From: Octopus sinensis
Taxonomy: Eukaryota
Assembly: GCF_006345805.1 (NCBI RefSeq)
Contig: NC_043001.1
Location: 23,498,001-23,562,000 of the forward strand
Length of the DNA stretch: 64,000 nt
Direction of reading: 5' to 3'
In this document: positions 25,502 to 37,629 of the stretch, piece by piece
How the letters are laid out: every line of letters begins with the position of its first letter
Numbering within the stretch: the stretch's first letter is position 1
Made by a program: the position numbers and the translations under genes
The notes under the pieces: generated by a model
What the model was told of the DNA's origin: nothing
Seen by the model: only the letters and a program-made list of their open reading frames with translations
The model's database searches: none

Positions 25502-25545
25502 ACACCCGATGAAGGCTGGAGAGTAAATCAGCTGAAATGTTGTGG
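25502..25545 (+). ncRNA. Degenerate minimal type I hammerhead-like motif
   Basis: CAC-CCGATGA-A-GGCTG(10 nt)CAGCT-GAAA-TGT-T-GTG; differs from the canonical core at U4 and in the helix III palindrome. Confidence 0.45.
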
Positions 25546-25994
25546 TAACAACAAACAAGATGAGGACACATATCCATCCAATGTAAATAATGAAAATATT
25601 GTTCTCTTTCAATACATTTGCACTCTGCCAAACATGTACACTTACATTACTCATCCAGCTGAGTATACATCCTCTACATTCAGTGCCCACATCTCACTAC
25701 CATGTAGAATTGATGTCCATATACATGCATCATACAATCTTCCTTTCACTTGGAGAGAGAGAAACTTTTAGTTGCCAACTTTAAGATACATGAAACTGAA
25801 TCAACTGTTTTAAATAATACATGTAATAACTCCTACTAAATGCATTAGAGTGCCTTTTTCTTTCATTTGACCACTTACTGGTGTATATATATATATGTAT
25901 ATAAAGGGAAAGTTTACGAAAATAAACAAAAGACGAAGGCAGGTGGAGTACAAACAAACAAATGTATTAGTATAGCGCTCAGGAATAGAAAAAG

Positions 25995-26032
25995 TCTTTT
26001 ACGTTTCGAGCCTACGCTCTTCGACAGAAAGA
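25995..26032 (-). ncRNA. Minimal type I hammerhead-like motif (A6U variant with an extra A after A9)
   Basis: Minus strand reads TCTTT-CTGTCGA-A-GAGC(GTAG)GCTC-GAAA-CGT-A-AAAGA: 5-bp helix I, 4-bp helix II with tetraloop, palindromic ACGT helix III, GUA triplet. Confidence 0.6.
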
Positions 26033-26617
26033 TACACAGAAAAAAAACAAGGAGAGAAAAAAATGCGTGTAGTAGCTAACGATCTATCATGGCCATATCA
26101 TATATATATATATCATCAGATGAATAATAACAGACGATGGATAATTGTCGACTCATTACAGCTGTTTTTTTATACATTTTTTTTAAATTGAAGAATAAGA
26201 ACATTACTTCATTGCAAAAAGCTGTCATCATCAGATGAAACATAATTTCAAAGACAAAAGAATATCCCAAGGATGTGACTGAAATCTGATGAGGCTTACC
26301 ATGAAATTGGAGAATGACCATCAAAATTGGCCATTGTCTAGCTGGCTCCTCTTTCACCCAGGTCACTGAGCATACATATCATACTATATGCTTTCACAAT
26401 CTGAATTCTTAACTTAGATTGTGAAACTCTACCCCTTAATGACCACAGTATGCATTACTAGCCATACCAGCACAGTCTTCTTTTTTGTATGCTACATCTG
26501 ATATCTCATATACCCAATTTTTCTCTCAAATTACATACACTTTGTCATATATGCACACACACACTATATATATATATATATATAGTGTGTGTGACGAACC
26601 TTTAGTACTTGACGAAT

Positions 26618-26676
<59 letters not shown>

Positions 26677-26678
26677 TT

Positions 26679-27267
26679 ATATAAAGTAGAAAAGAGTGAA
26701 AAAACTACAGAAGGCTTGTTTTATAAGGTTAAAGAATATATTTAACCCTTTAGCATTCAGATTAATCTGTCAAATGTACAGCCTGTTTAATCACATTGTT
26801 TTAAATTAATTGAACAGCATCTTGTAACTCTGAGATTTTGATGATGTCCCTGTTTATTTTTAGAATGACTTTGTAGAGTAGGTGTGAGTGGTCAGAGCTG
26901 GCTGGTTTGAGCATATAACAGGAAGACAATTTTGGCCTGGTATGGCCGGTTTAAACACTAAAGGGTTAAGTCGTTATGTTAGAAAATTTTGTGTATAGTA
27001 ACATAGTTTTTGGAGAAATAACCAGTTTCGTGTAAACTTTTCAAATTTCTCAAATTTCTTTACCTACATCGTGTCATGTCTTTGTTATGCAGGTAAAGAA
27101 ATTTGAGAAATTTGAAAAGTTTACACGAAACTGGTTATTTCTCCAAAAACTATGTTACTATACACAAAATTTTCTAACATTTTTCTAGCGTAACGACTTA
27201 ATTATATTCTTTAACCTTATAAAACAAGCCTTCTGTAGTTTTTTCACTCTTTTCTATTTTTTTATAT
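26679..27267. repeat. Long palindrome (arms about 180 bp, 17-nt loop) interrupted by a piggyBac MITE
   Basis: The arms are reverse complements around loop 27070-27086; the left arm carries the 26746-26965 insertion. Confidence 0.92.
26746..26965. mobile_element. piggyBac-type MITE, subfamily B (220 bp)
   Basis: TTAA|CCCTTTAG...CTAAAGGG|TTAA; the empty single-TTAA site is preserved in the opposite palindrome arm; reverse-orientation relative at 58921-59140. Confidence 0.88.
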
Positions 27268-27302
27268 ATCCAACCACGTGCTTTCACACACCAACTTTCT
27301 CA

Positions 27303-27340
<38 letters not shown>

Positions 27341-27423
27341 CATACATATCAATTGAAGGCAGTGAACTGGCAGAAACTTTAGTATGCCAGGCAAAATGTT
27401 TCCCTGACCTCACATCATAAATG

Positions 27424-27463
<40 letters not shown>

Positions 27464-27482
27464 GCTTTCTATCTCACTCTTT

Positions 27483-27860
27483 GCCTTATCTTCTTCTTCT
27501 CTCTCCTTTTTCTTTCTCCTCTCTTTCCCTCCAACCAATCCACATGAAAGTGTTACAACTATATTCCCTCTACCTCACATCATGGACACATCTCTCTCCC
27601 TCTTTTTCTCTCTCCTTTTCTGTCTCCATCTTTTTCTCTAGTCACATGAAAGTGTTACTGATGAGCTTATTCGCCTTATCTTCTTTTTCTCTCTCCTTTT
27701 TCTTTCTCCTCTCTTTCCCTTCAACCAATCCACATGAAAGTGTTACAACTATATTCCCTCTACCTCACATCATGGACACGTCTCTCTCCCTCTTTTTCTC
27801 TCTCCTTCTTTTCTTTCTCCATCTTTTTCTCTAGTCCCGTGAAAGTGTTACTGATGGGCT
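27483..27860. repeat. Tandem duplication, 2 x about 190 bp, CT-rich
   Basis: Units start GCCTTATCTTC at 27483 and 27673. Confidence 0.85.
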
Positions 27861-27969
27861 AAGTAATGCAGTGACAAGCAGAATTATTATAAGATTATTT
27901 GAAGCGACATGCTGATGCTAATAAAAATAATGAACCATTATTAACAGTTGTTTTTATTTTCATCTTTAG

Positions 27970-28151
27970 GAATTGGTGTACAGTGGAGTAATCTGAGCCA
28001 TGGTTCTTCTGTTGATGATGACTTGGCATTTCTTCATGTTATTCTGATGTTACTTTTAGATGCTTTCATTTATAGTATTTTGACATGGTACATTGAGGCA
28101 GTATTTCCAGGACAATATGGTGTACCACAGAAATGGTACTTCCCTTTCATG
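27970..28151 (+). CDS. ABCA3-like: ABCA exon 5 (GIGVQWSNL...WYIEAVFPGQYGVPQKWYFPF)
   Basis: ctttag/GTATAT; ABCA motif WY.E.VFPG.YG.P..WYF; 182 bp, phase 1 to 0. Confidence 0.96.
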
Positions 28152-28547
28152 GTATATTGCTCATTTTCTATTATTTTTTCTTTCATTCTTTTACTTGTTT
28201 TAGTCATTTAGTTAAGTTAAGTTAATTTTGGCTCAAGAAGCAAAAGCAAGGCCATGTAGGGGGGCATGGAGTTATGTACAGGGAGGGTGTTCATGCAAAG
28301 ACTTCAGGCCATTTCTGGTCAAGAGAGACTTTGAACTGAGCGGTCGTCGGCATCTCCACTATCTCGTCTGGCAGCTTATTCCACAGATCCGCAACCCATG
28401 CTGGAGCACCACCTTTAGTGGAACAAATCAACCCCAGGACTTATTCTTTGTAAGCCTAGTATTTATTCTATCAGTCTCTTTTGCTGAACTGCTAAGTGAC
28501 GGGGATGTAAACACACCAGCATCAGTTGTTAAGCAATGGTCAGGAGA

Positions 28548-28604
<57 letters not shown>

Positions 28605-28924
28605 TTACGACAGACTTTTTTCAGTTTCTGTCTACCAAATCCACTCACAAGGTTTTGGCTGGCCCAAGGCTATAGTAGAAGACACTTGCCCAAGGTGCCA
28701 CGCAGTGGTACTGAACCCGGGATCATGTGGTTGGGAAGCAAGCTTCTTACCACACAGCCACTTCTGCACCTATATTTATCTGTTAACTTTAAACAATTCT
28801 CAAGTTCCATTTTGATAATTCATTATCATCATCGTTTAATGTCCACTTCCCATACAGGCATGAGATGGACAATTTGACAGGAGCTGCCTAGCCAGAGAGA
28901 TGTCCAGGCTGGTGATGCAAACTC

Positions 28925-29260
28925 TAAGTATGGACGTGCTATAACCATATGCAGCTTTATGTATTTTTGCTGAATGATGTTAAGACTCCCTCGGCCTTCT
29001 TAACAAATTTTGAGGTGTGATTTGTCCAATACAAATTGCTGTTGACAATAATGCCCAGCTCACATTCTCTAGCAGACTTATTAAGATTGGTGTTGCAAAG
29101 GTAGTATGTAAAAGCTAGGTTTTTCCTTACAAAATGCATGGTGGTGCACTTGTCCACAGCCAGCATGAGTTGCCAGTCAGTAATCTGTTGCTGCATTGTG
29201 CCCAGGTCTGATTGCAAGAAAGGTCTATATATAGGTTGAAAAAGCTTTTATTATTTGGAA
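28925..29260 (-). mobile_element. CR1-like LINE fragment, RT C-terminal region (approx.)
   Basis: ORF 28957..29217 reads QSDL....DWQL....KC..MH...LGIIV...L.W..H....VKKA. Confidence 0.75.
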
Positions 29261-30120
29261 AATTGTTTTGGTAGTCAGTGGTATCATGTATTTGGCAAAC
29301 ACAAAGGAGTTGACACCATGGTAGTTACCGTGGAAAACAGAGACTGCAAACATTAGCTAAGTAGTTAAAGATTATTGGTGAAGGTTAACATGTCAGGTTA
29401 CCAGGTAGCATGCTAGTGCAGAAATAAATTCTTAGATAATGATATATGGAACATATCAACTGTTTTTAATTCTTGCATAGAAGGGACTCTTCTATTGATC
29501 CTGGGGAAAATATTTTATAGATTCACACTTTCGTGAAAAAACATTCGAGCAAGGTTGTTGCCAATGCCGCTGGACTGACTCCTGTGCAGGTGGCACATAA
29601 AAAGCACCATTTGAGCGTGGCCATTGCCAGTGGCATGTAAAAGCACCCACTACACTCTCAGAGTGGCTGGCGTTAGGAAGGGCATCCCCCTTCTCTCTTT
29701 CGGAGAGGCACTGAGCAGCTATACGCACACATACACACACGGCAGTAACTTCCACCTACTGAATTCAATCACAAAGCTCCGGTCGGCTCGGGGCTATAGT
29801 GGAAGACACCTACCCAAAGTGCCATGCAGTGGGACTGAACCAGCTCTAGAAACTCTGCCAGATCAGATTGGAGTCTGGTGCAGCCATCTGGTTCACCAGA
29901 CCTCAGTTAAATCGTCAAACCCAGGCTAGCATGGAAAGCGGACGTTAAACGATGATGATGATGATGAAGATGATTTTCTTGTGATCCAAAATTTTTTATG
30001 TGCTACGAAAATGTTACTATTTTTGTGAATAACTCCCCCTGCCTCCTGATCTAGAAGATACCTTTTGAAATGCTAGGTAAATAGAATGTAAAAATTTTCT
30101 TTCTTTTTTTCTTTTTTCAG

Positions 30121-30258
30121 GCATCTTACTGGTGTGGAACTACTCAAACTAAGTGCAAAAGTGGTGCTCTGGGCCCTGCACATGAGGAACTACAGCAATA
30201 TTTTGAGCCTGAACCAAACAACTTAAAAGCTGGAATTCAGATAAAGAATTTGTATAAG
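30121..30258 (+). CDS. ABCA3-like: ABCA exon 6 (ASYWCG...FEPEP...AGIQIKNLYK)
   Basis: Long pyrimidine tract plus cag, GTTTGT donor; SYWCG and FE.EP...GI.I.NL.K linker; 138 bp, phase 0 to 0. Confidence 0.95.
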
Positions 30259-30284
30259 GTTTGTTTATTTGTGGTTTCATACTA

Positions 30285-30645
30285 TCTCTATATATATATA
30301 AACGGCAAAATGTCTGTCTGTGTGTGTGTCCTTTATACAAATCCACAATTTTTCAGTTAGAGGGCTCGCACTTTCTATGGTTATTCAAAACCGTCCAAGG
30401 GTGGTCGTGCACATCTTTACATTTCCCCAGTCACCCAGCAAAGCCATTAAAAAATCAATAGAAGTGACTTTTTTGTGAATTTTCTATCCAAAACCCAATC
30501 AAAATGCCCAAAACTTGATACGCCAATTGAATGCCAGCTAGCTGTATGTGATTGGTCGGAGATTTGGACAGTACTCACGTGTATGTGCGCACGCACTCAG
30601 CTGTATGTGCATGCACTAGCACTATGACCCGGCACATAAACTTGT
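30285..30645 (+). mobile_element. Non-autonomous Helitron-like element
   Basis: A|TCTCTATATATATATAAACGGCAAAATGTCTGTCTG 5' end; 3' end degraded (ACCCGG...CTTG|T). Confidence 0.55.
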
Positions 30646-30756
30646 ATGATGGTGGAGGATAGCATCTTATACTAATTTGTTCAGTTGTAATTCTTTATAA
30701 CTTGTAGGGCTGATGCATGGAGATATTTTCTTCTTAAGATGGCCTGTTTGATAAAT

Positions 30757-31140
30757 TGGAAGCACTCCGTCGGTTACGACGATGAGAGTTCCGGTTGATC
30801 CGAATCAATGGAACAGCCTGCTCATGAAATTAACGTGTAAGTGGCTGAGCACTTCACAGACATGTGTACCCTTAACGTAGTTCTCGGGGATATTCAGCGT
30901 GACACAGAGAGTGACAAGGCCGGCCCTTTGAAATACAGGTACAACAGAAACAGGAAGTAAGAGTGAGAGAAAGTTGTGGTGAAAGAGTACAGCAGGGATC
31001 ACCACCATCCCCTGCCGGAGCCTCGTGGAGCTTTAGGTGTTTTCGCTCAATAAGCACTCACAACGCCCGGTCTGGGAATCGAAACTGCGATCCTATGACC
31101 GCGAGTCCGCTGCCCTAACCACTGGGCCATTGTGCCTCCA
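30757..31140 (-). mobile_element. tRNA-derived SINE family 3 (about 380 bp)
   Basis: Head GGAGGC(A/G)CAATGGCCCAGTGGTTAGG...TTTCGATTCCC; 11-bp TSD GTTTGATAAAT. Near-identical copy at 56821-57205 (TSD TTTGTTTCCTCA); variants approx. at 18912-19235, 23420-23825, 33960-34235, 40088-40395 and 41475-42262. Confidence 0.85.
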
Positions 31141-32914
31141 CGTTTGATAAATACCCAACTCTAGAAAGAGTGGAACGTACCATTGCAATCTAGCAGAACA
31201 CTCATGAATTTTTTACAGAGCTGCTATTGTGATATTTAATTAGAGTTAAGTAAAAGCCTTGGCCTAGATCACAGACACAAAGAGATGGAAAAGGTTGATT
31301 GGTTGATTGCTGATTAGCTTTAAGTCAATCCTAATCAAGTAGGTTTATGATTAAAAGGCATTCAACTGCTAAGATCCTGCCTTTTTAAGGGTATGTAGAA
31401 TTGCATATAATATGTACTTTCTTTACTTAAGATGTCAAGGAGATTCATTTGAGAGTGATTTAGCTGCTATTCCTTGCAGGCTGAGGAGCTATGCAGAGGT
31501 TATTTTACTGACTTTATTAGCTCCTTTATAATCTGTTTTATACATACTTACTACTATTTTCAAGCCGTCTTGTTATTTTTGTATTTAGTAGCAGCAGCAG
31601 CAGTAGCAGTAGTAGTAGTAGTAGTAACAACAGCAGTAGCAGTATTGTTTCTAGAAATTCACCATCTTTAAAATTTCTGCAGTATTGACATAAATAGCAA
31701 AGTGGAATGGTGGCAGAAAGGGTAGTAGATCAGACCAAATGCTTTACAATATTTAGTTTTCTTCAACATTCTGGCATCAAATCACGATTAAGGTGACTTT
31801 GCCATTCATTTCTTCTGAACAAATAAAGTAAGTACTAGTTTTCTACTGGTGGCTTGATTCAAACCAACATAGCTCATCACCTCTTGATATTTGTGACTAT
31901 GTAAAACATTAAAGTATTACCTTTCCATATTTACACTTGAAATTTATTTGATGTGTACCTTGCTAGTTTTATAAATTGATTTATCTACACTCTTGGAGTG
32001 GTTGGACTACACTCTCGGGGAGGTTGGCATTAGGAAGGGCATCCAGCTGTAGAAACTCTGCCAGATAAGGCGGCGAGCTGGCAGAATCGTTAGCAAGCCG
32101 GGCGAAATGCTTAACGGTATTTTGTCTGTCTTTATATTCTGAGTTCAAATTCTGCCAAGGTTGACTTTGCCTTTCATCCTTTCGGGGTCGATTAAATAAG
32201 TACCAGTTACGCACTGGGGTCAATATAATCGACTTAATCCGTTTGTCTGTCCTTGTTTGTCCTGTCTGTGTTTAGCCCCTTGTGGGTAGTAAAGAAATAG
32301 GTATTTTGTCTGTCTTTATGTTCTGAGTTCAAATTCTGCCAAGGTCGACTTTGCCTTTCATCCTTTTGGGGTCGATTAAATAAGTACCTTTCATCCTTTC
32401 GAGGTCAATTAAATACACACTGGGGTCGATCTCATCGACTTAATCCGTTTGTCTGTCCTTGTTTGTCCTCTCTGTGTTTAGCCCCTTGTGGGCAGTAAAG
32501 AAATAAGAAACTCTGCCAGATCAGATTGGAGTCTGGTGCAGCCATCTGGTTCACCAGTCCTCAGTCAAATCATCCAACCCATGCTAGCATGGAAAGCGGA
32601 CGGTAAAGGATGATGATGTTGATTTCTATTCACATCATTGAAATCTCAAAGCCCCAAGATCATGCATGATTAATTCAAAACAATGTCAATAATTAAGCAT
32701 TACACTAGATGAATTAATCAGAATGCTAAAGGGTTAACACAAATGCCTTGTTAGAACCCCAAATACTCCATTATTAGCCTTGGGAGATCCTCTCATACAG
32801 GTGCATAAGAAGACACAAATCATTGCAAACAAAATTCATCTCAGCTCCCATGACAGACGAATTTCATCTGCTATGATCTGTGGGTGTGCTTTTATGCAAC
32901 AGGTACCTATGTGA

Positions 32915-33848
32915 AGGCGCATGGCTCAGTGGTTAGAGCGTCGAGCTTACGATCGTGAGGTTGTGAGCTCGAATCCCGGTCCGGGCTGCGTGTTGTGTTC
33001 TTGAGCAAAGTACTTTATTTTTCACATTGCTCCAGTTCACTCAGCTGTAGAAGTGAGTTGCAACATCACAGGTGCCAAGCTGTATCGACCTTTGTCTTTC
33101 CCTTGGATAACACTGGTGGCGTGGAGAGGGGAGGCTGGTACGCATGGGCAGCTGCTGGTCTTCCATAAACAACCTTGCCCGGACTTGTGTCTAGGAGGGT
33201 AACTTTCTAGGTGCAATCCCATGGTCATTCATGACCGAAGGGGGTCTTTTACCTATGTGAAGGCACATGGCTCAGTGGTTAGAGCGTCGAGCTTACGATC
33301 ATGAGGTTGTGAGCTCGAATCCCGGAGTGGGCTGCGTATTGTGTTCTTGAGCAAGACACTTTATTTCACGTTGCTCCAGTTCACTCAGCTGTAGAAATGA
33401 GTTGCAACATCACAGGTGCCAAGCTGTATTGGCCGTTACCTTTCCCTTGGATAACACTATTGGCATGGAGAGGGGAGGCCGATATGCATGGGCGATTGTT
33501 AATAATAAAAATAAATGCACCTCTTTAAAACCTAGCCAGGCTCATGGGCCCGGTTTCAATGGTGTATGTGTTTCCCAGCTGGATGGGACGCCAGTCCATC
33601 ACAGCGTTACTCATTTTTGCCAGCTGAGTGGACTGGAGCAACGTGAAATGAAGTGTTTTGCTCAAGAACACAACACATCACCCAGTCTATGAATCGAAAC
33701 CACAATCTTACGATCATGATGCTGACACCCTAACCACTAAGTCACGTTGGACAACTGTTGGTCTTCCATAAACAACCTTGCCTAGACTTGTGCCTTGTAA
33801 CTTTCTAGGTGCAATCCCATGATGTGTGTCGTGACTGAAGGGGTCTCA
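32915..33848 (+). mobile_element. tRNA-derived SINE family 4, two tandem copies, the second interrupted (approx.)
   Basis: Head GGCGCATGGCTCAGTGGTTAGAGCG...CTCGAATCCCGG at about 32915 and 33262; TACCTATGTGAAGG precedes both heads; minus-strand copy at about 62760-63085. Confidence 0.8.
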
Positions 33849-34353
33849 GATAGCTATATGAGAGGATTTCTCAAGGCTAATAATGGAGTATTCAGTGTTC
33901 TAACCAAGCATCCATGTCAATGTTTTTATTTATTTATGCACCCTTTTCAAGCCTTGCCAGGCTCATGGGCCTGGTTTCCCGGTTTCTATGGCGTATGTGT
34001 TCCCCTTAGCTGGACAGGATGCCAGTCCATCGCAGCGTTACTCAAGAAACAGGAAGAAAGAGTGAGAGAAAGTTGGGGCGAAAGAGTAAAACAGGGGTCG
34101 TCACCCCCCTGCCGGAGCCTCATGGAGCTTTAGGTGTTTTCACTCAATAAACACACACAACGCCCGACTGGGAATCGAAACCGTGATCCTCCAACCGCGA
34201 GTCTGCTGCCCTAACCACTGGGCCATTGTGCCTCCCCATATCAGTGTGGAAATCGAGATTACCCTTTGGTACTAATACTGCTCCTGTCTCTAATAATTAG
34301 TTTATGGAATATTTAAGTTGTACTTTGATTCATTCCTGCCTGTTTTCTTCTAG

Positions 34354-34477
34354 AAATTTAATGGTGCGAAAAAAGTTGCTGTTGACGATTTGAATCTGAA
34401 TATGTATGAAGGTCAAATTACTGCACTACTTGGACATAATGGGGCTGGAAAGACAACGACTTTATCCATGATTACTG
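34354..34477 (+). CDS. ABCA3-like: ABCA exon 7, NBD1 Walker A ([17 protein letters not shown])
   Basis: ttctag/GTGAGT; Walker A GHNGAGKT; 124 bp, phase 0 to 1. Confidence 0.97.
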
Positions 34478-35169
34478 GTGAGTTGACTCCTAAAATTATT
34501 GCTTTGCTTTGTTTGCTTATAGGAATGTGTTGCCTCAGGACAGCTCTAATGAAGAAGACCTATTTATATTGTGAATAAGGCAATTAGATGAATATCTAAA
34601 ATATTTTCTGAATTTACATTCGATGACTGGCATCTGTGCTAGTGGAGCACTAAGGACACCATCCGAGCGTGATCGTTGCCAGAGCGACAAACAGGCTTTT
34701 GTGCCGTTGACACGTAAAAAGCACCATTCGAGCGTGATTGTTACCAGCGTCGCCTTACTGGCGCTTGTGCCGGTGGCATGTGAAAAAACATTCGGGCGAG
34801 GTCGTTGCCAATGCCGCTGGACTGGCTCCTGTGCAGGTGGCATGTAAAAAACACCATTTGAGCGTGGCCATTGCCAGTACCGCCTGACTGGCCCTCGTGC
34901 CGGTGGCACATAAAAGCACCCACTACACTCTTGGAGTGGTTGGCATTAGGAAGGGCATCCAGCTGTAGAAACTCTGCCAGATCAAGACTGGAGCCTGGTG
35001 CAACCATCTAGTTCGCCAGTCCTCAGTCAAATCGTCCAACCCATGCTAGCATGGAAAGCAGACGTTAAACAACGATGATGATGTTAAAGTTTTCCTGTAA
35101 TGGTAACTGAGAAAACTACAAGAAAGTATCTCTCATAATAATAATAATAATAATGATAATAATACAAAG

Positions 35170-35460
35170 GTTATGGTCAATGAAGAGAGTATACATGATA
35201 TCAATAGTAATTGGTGCACACGGAAGTATCTGCACTCAACTACCAACATGGCTGAGAAAAATCGGTGCAAGTGTGAAGGCAGAATACCTACAAAAATCAG
35301 CATTGCTTGGAACAGCAAGAATTCTTTGCAAGGTTCTTAAAACATGACCAGTAAACCAGTGTCACCTTAATCTACTGGTTGTGGACAGCTGATACTTTCC
35401 ATCATACCCAGCAAAATAAGCTGTGAGTTTTCATATAATAATAATAATAATAATAATGAG
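35170..35460 (+). mobile_element. 3' end of an RLE-type non-LTR retrotransposon (R4/Dong-like) with (ATA)n tail (approx.)
   Basis: IVIGAHGS...WLRKIG...LQKSALLGTARILCKVL resembles the R4-clade C-terminus; followed by a short UTR and ATA repeats. Confidence 0.7.
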
Positions 35461-35756
35461 ACACACAAGATATCGAAATATTGTTTACTAGATGACAATG
35501 ACACTCTTCTTTTAATTTTGACTCCATATCTTCAGGAGGATTTACCTCAATCCTTTATATATTAACCAAAATGAAGTAGATTGACAAAATTATTTTTTGA
35601 ACCAGTTGAAGACACACAAGATGTCAAAATATCGTTCACTGGATGACAATGGCACTCTTCTTCTTTTAATAATAATAATAATAATAATAATAATTATAAG
35701 AAGAAGAAGAAGAAGAAGAGTAAGAAGAAGAAGAAGAAGAAGAATTAGTAGTAGTT

Positions 35757-35793
<37 letters not shown>

Positions 35794-36223
35794 AGTGAAT
35801 ATAGAATAGATCCTCAGTGATAGGAGTTTCCTTGGGAAAATGGCACCTTGCTTGAAAATAGGTAAGGGTTGATGACAGGAAGGGTATCTAGCCTTAGAAA
35901 ATTTCCTCAACAAATGCCATCTAACCTATGCAAGGAAAAGTGAATGTTAAAACAGCAATGATGATAATGATGAAGCTTTCTTCATTACTTAGTTTATAAA
36001 AACACCAACAGTGATGTGTAAGTGTATCAAGAAAACAAATTATCTTTCTTGGATATTTAATTCCAAAATTTTCATACAGCCACTTTCTTGTCTCATAGGG
36101 CCTCGAATGGATGTAACACAACCCCTTTTTCTAGACTAATCCACCTATCAAAACAAAAAAAAAAAAATTTTTTTTAATGTTTCTTTACCATTCAAATGTT
36201 TTCTTATCATTAATTTCCCACAG

Positions 36224-36378
36224 GTCTGATTCCACCCTCAAGCGGAACAGCTATTGTGAATGGCTATGACATTCGTACTGACATGAAAAATGTACGATCC
36301 AGTCTGGGTATATGTCCACAGCACGACATCTTATTTGAAATGTTAACAGTAAAAGAACATTTAGAATTCTTTGCACAG
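36224..36378 (+). CDS. ABCA3-like: ABCA exon 8, NBD1 Q-loop ([17 protein letters not shown])
   Basis: cccacag/GTAAAG; CPQH Q-loop; 155 bp, phase 1 to 0. Confidence 0.97.
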
Positions 36379-37084
36379 GTAAAGATTATTTATTACTTGT
36401 TTTACACACACACACACACACACACATGCTTCTGAGGAACCCAACGGATCCCTAGTCCCAGTCTCAGCTATGAACTGGGAACCTAATGGATGACCAGTTA
36501 TAGCACTTACACACCGTACCTATACATTTAGATCTTTAGTGAACTAAATTCCTCATATTCTGATATATATATAAATATATATGGTAAGTAGTTTGCTTAC
36601 CAACCACATGGTTCCGGGTTCAGTCCCACTGCGTGGCACCTTGGGCAAGTGTCTTCTACTATAGCCTTGGGCCGACCAAAGCCTTGTGAGTGGATTTGGT
36701 AGATGGAAACTGAAAGAAGCCCATCGTATATATGTATATATATATATATATGTGTGTGTAGCTGTGTTTGTCCTCCCCAACATCGCTTGACAACCGATGC
36801 TGGTGTGTTTACGTCCCTGTAACTTAGTGGTTCGGCAAAACAGGCTGATAGAATAAGTACTAGGCTTACAAAGAATAAGTCCTGGGGTCAATTTGCTTGT
36901 CTAAAGGCGGTGCTCCAGCTTGGCCACAGTCAAATGACTGAAACAAGTAAAAGATATATATATATATATATAAACAGACTGGAGCCTTGGTGCAGCCTCC
37001 TGGCTTCCCAGACACCGGTCAAACCGTCCAACCCATGCTAGCATGGAAAATGGATGTTAAACGACGACGACGATGATGATGATG

Positions 37085-37158
<74 letters not shown>

Positions 37159-37166
<8 letters not shown>

Positions 37167-37570
37167 GAGTGTATTTTTACCTTGTTAACAATTAACACGG
37201 AAAAATAAATAAATAGTTACCAGGGCAGCAAAAATCTCACAAGTAAAGATGTTGTAACTCCTTGTTTATAAAGGTTGAAACTTCGTGTTTACGTTGAATA
37301 TTTTGAATAATATGAATAAAAAATGGAGTTAACACAGGTTTTAACAAGTATTTTTACTTTCTACACATGTTTCGAAAATTCCACTGATACTATTCAAAAG
37401 AATAAATGGTATAAACAATGCAATCTTCTCTTCGAAGAGAAGATTGCATTGTTTATACCATTTATTCTTTTGAATAGTATCAGTGGAATTTTCGAAACAT
37501 GTGTAGAAAGTAAAAATACTTGTTTAAACCTGCGTTAACTCCATTTTTTATTCATATATATATATATATA

Positions 37571-37629
<59 letters not shown>

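Noticed and set aside
26285-26315. CTGATGAGG...GAAATTG hammerhead-like string
   Set aside because: No closing helix II pair next to GAAA, G at the cleavage position, and no helix I.
32915-32995. tRNA-like heads (also at about 33262, 40088, 39835 and 25340) as tRNA genes
   Set aside because: They continue into conserved SINE bodies, occur as dispersed copies with TSDs, and lack a complete acceptor stem.
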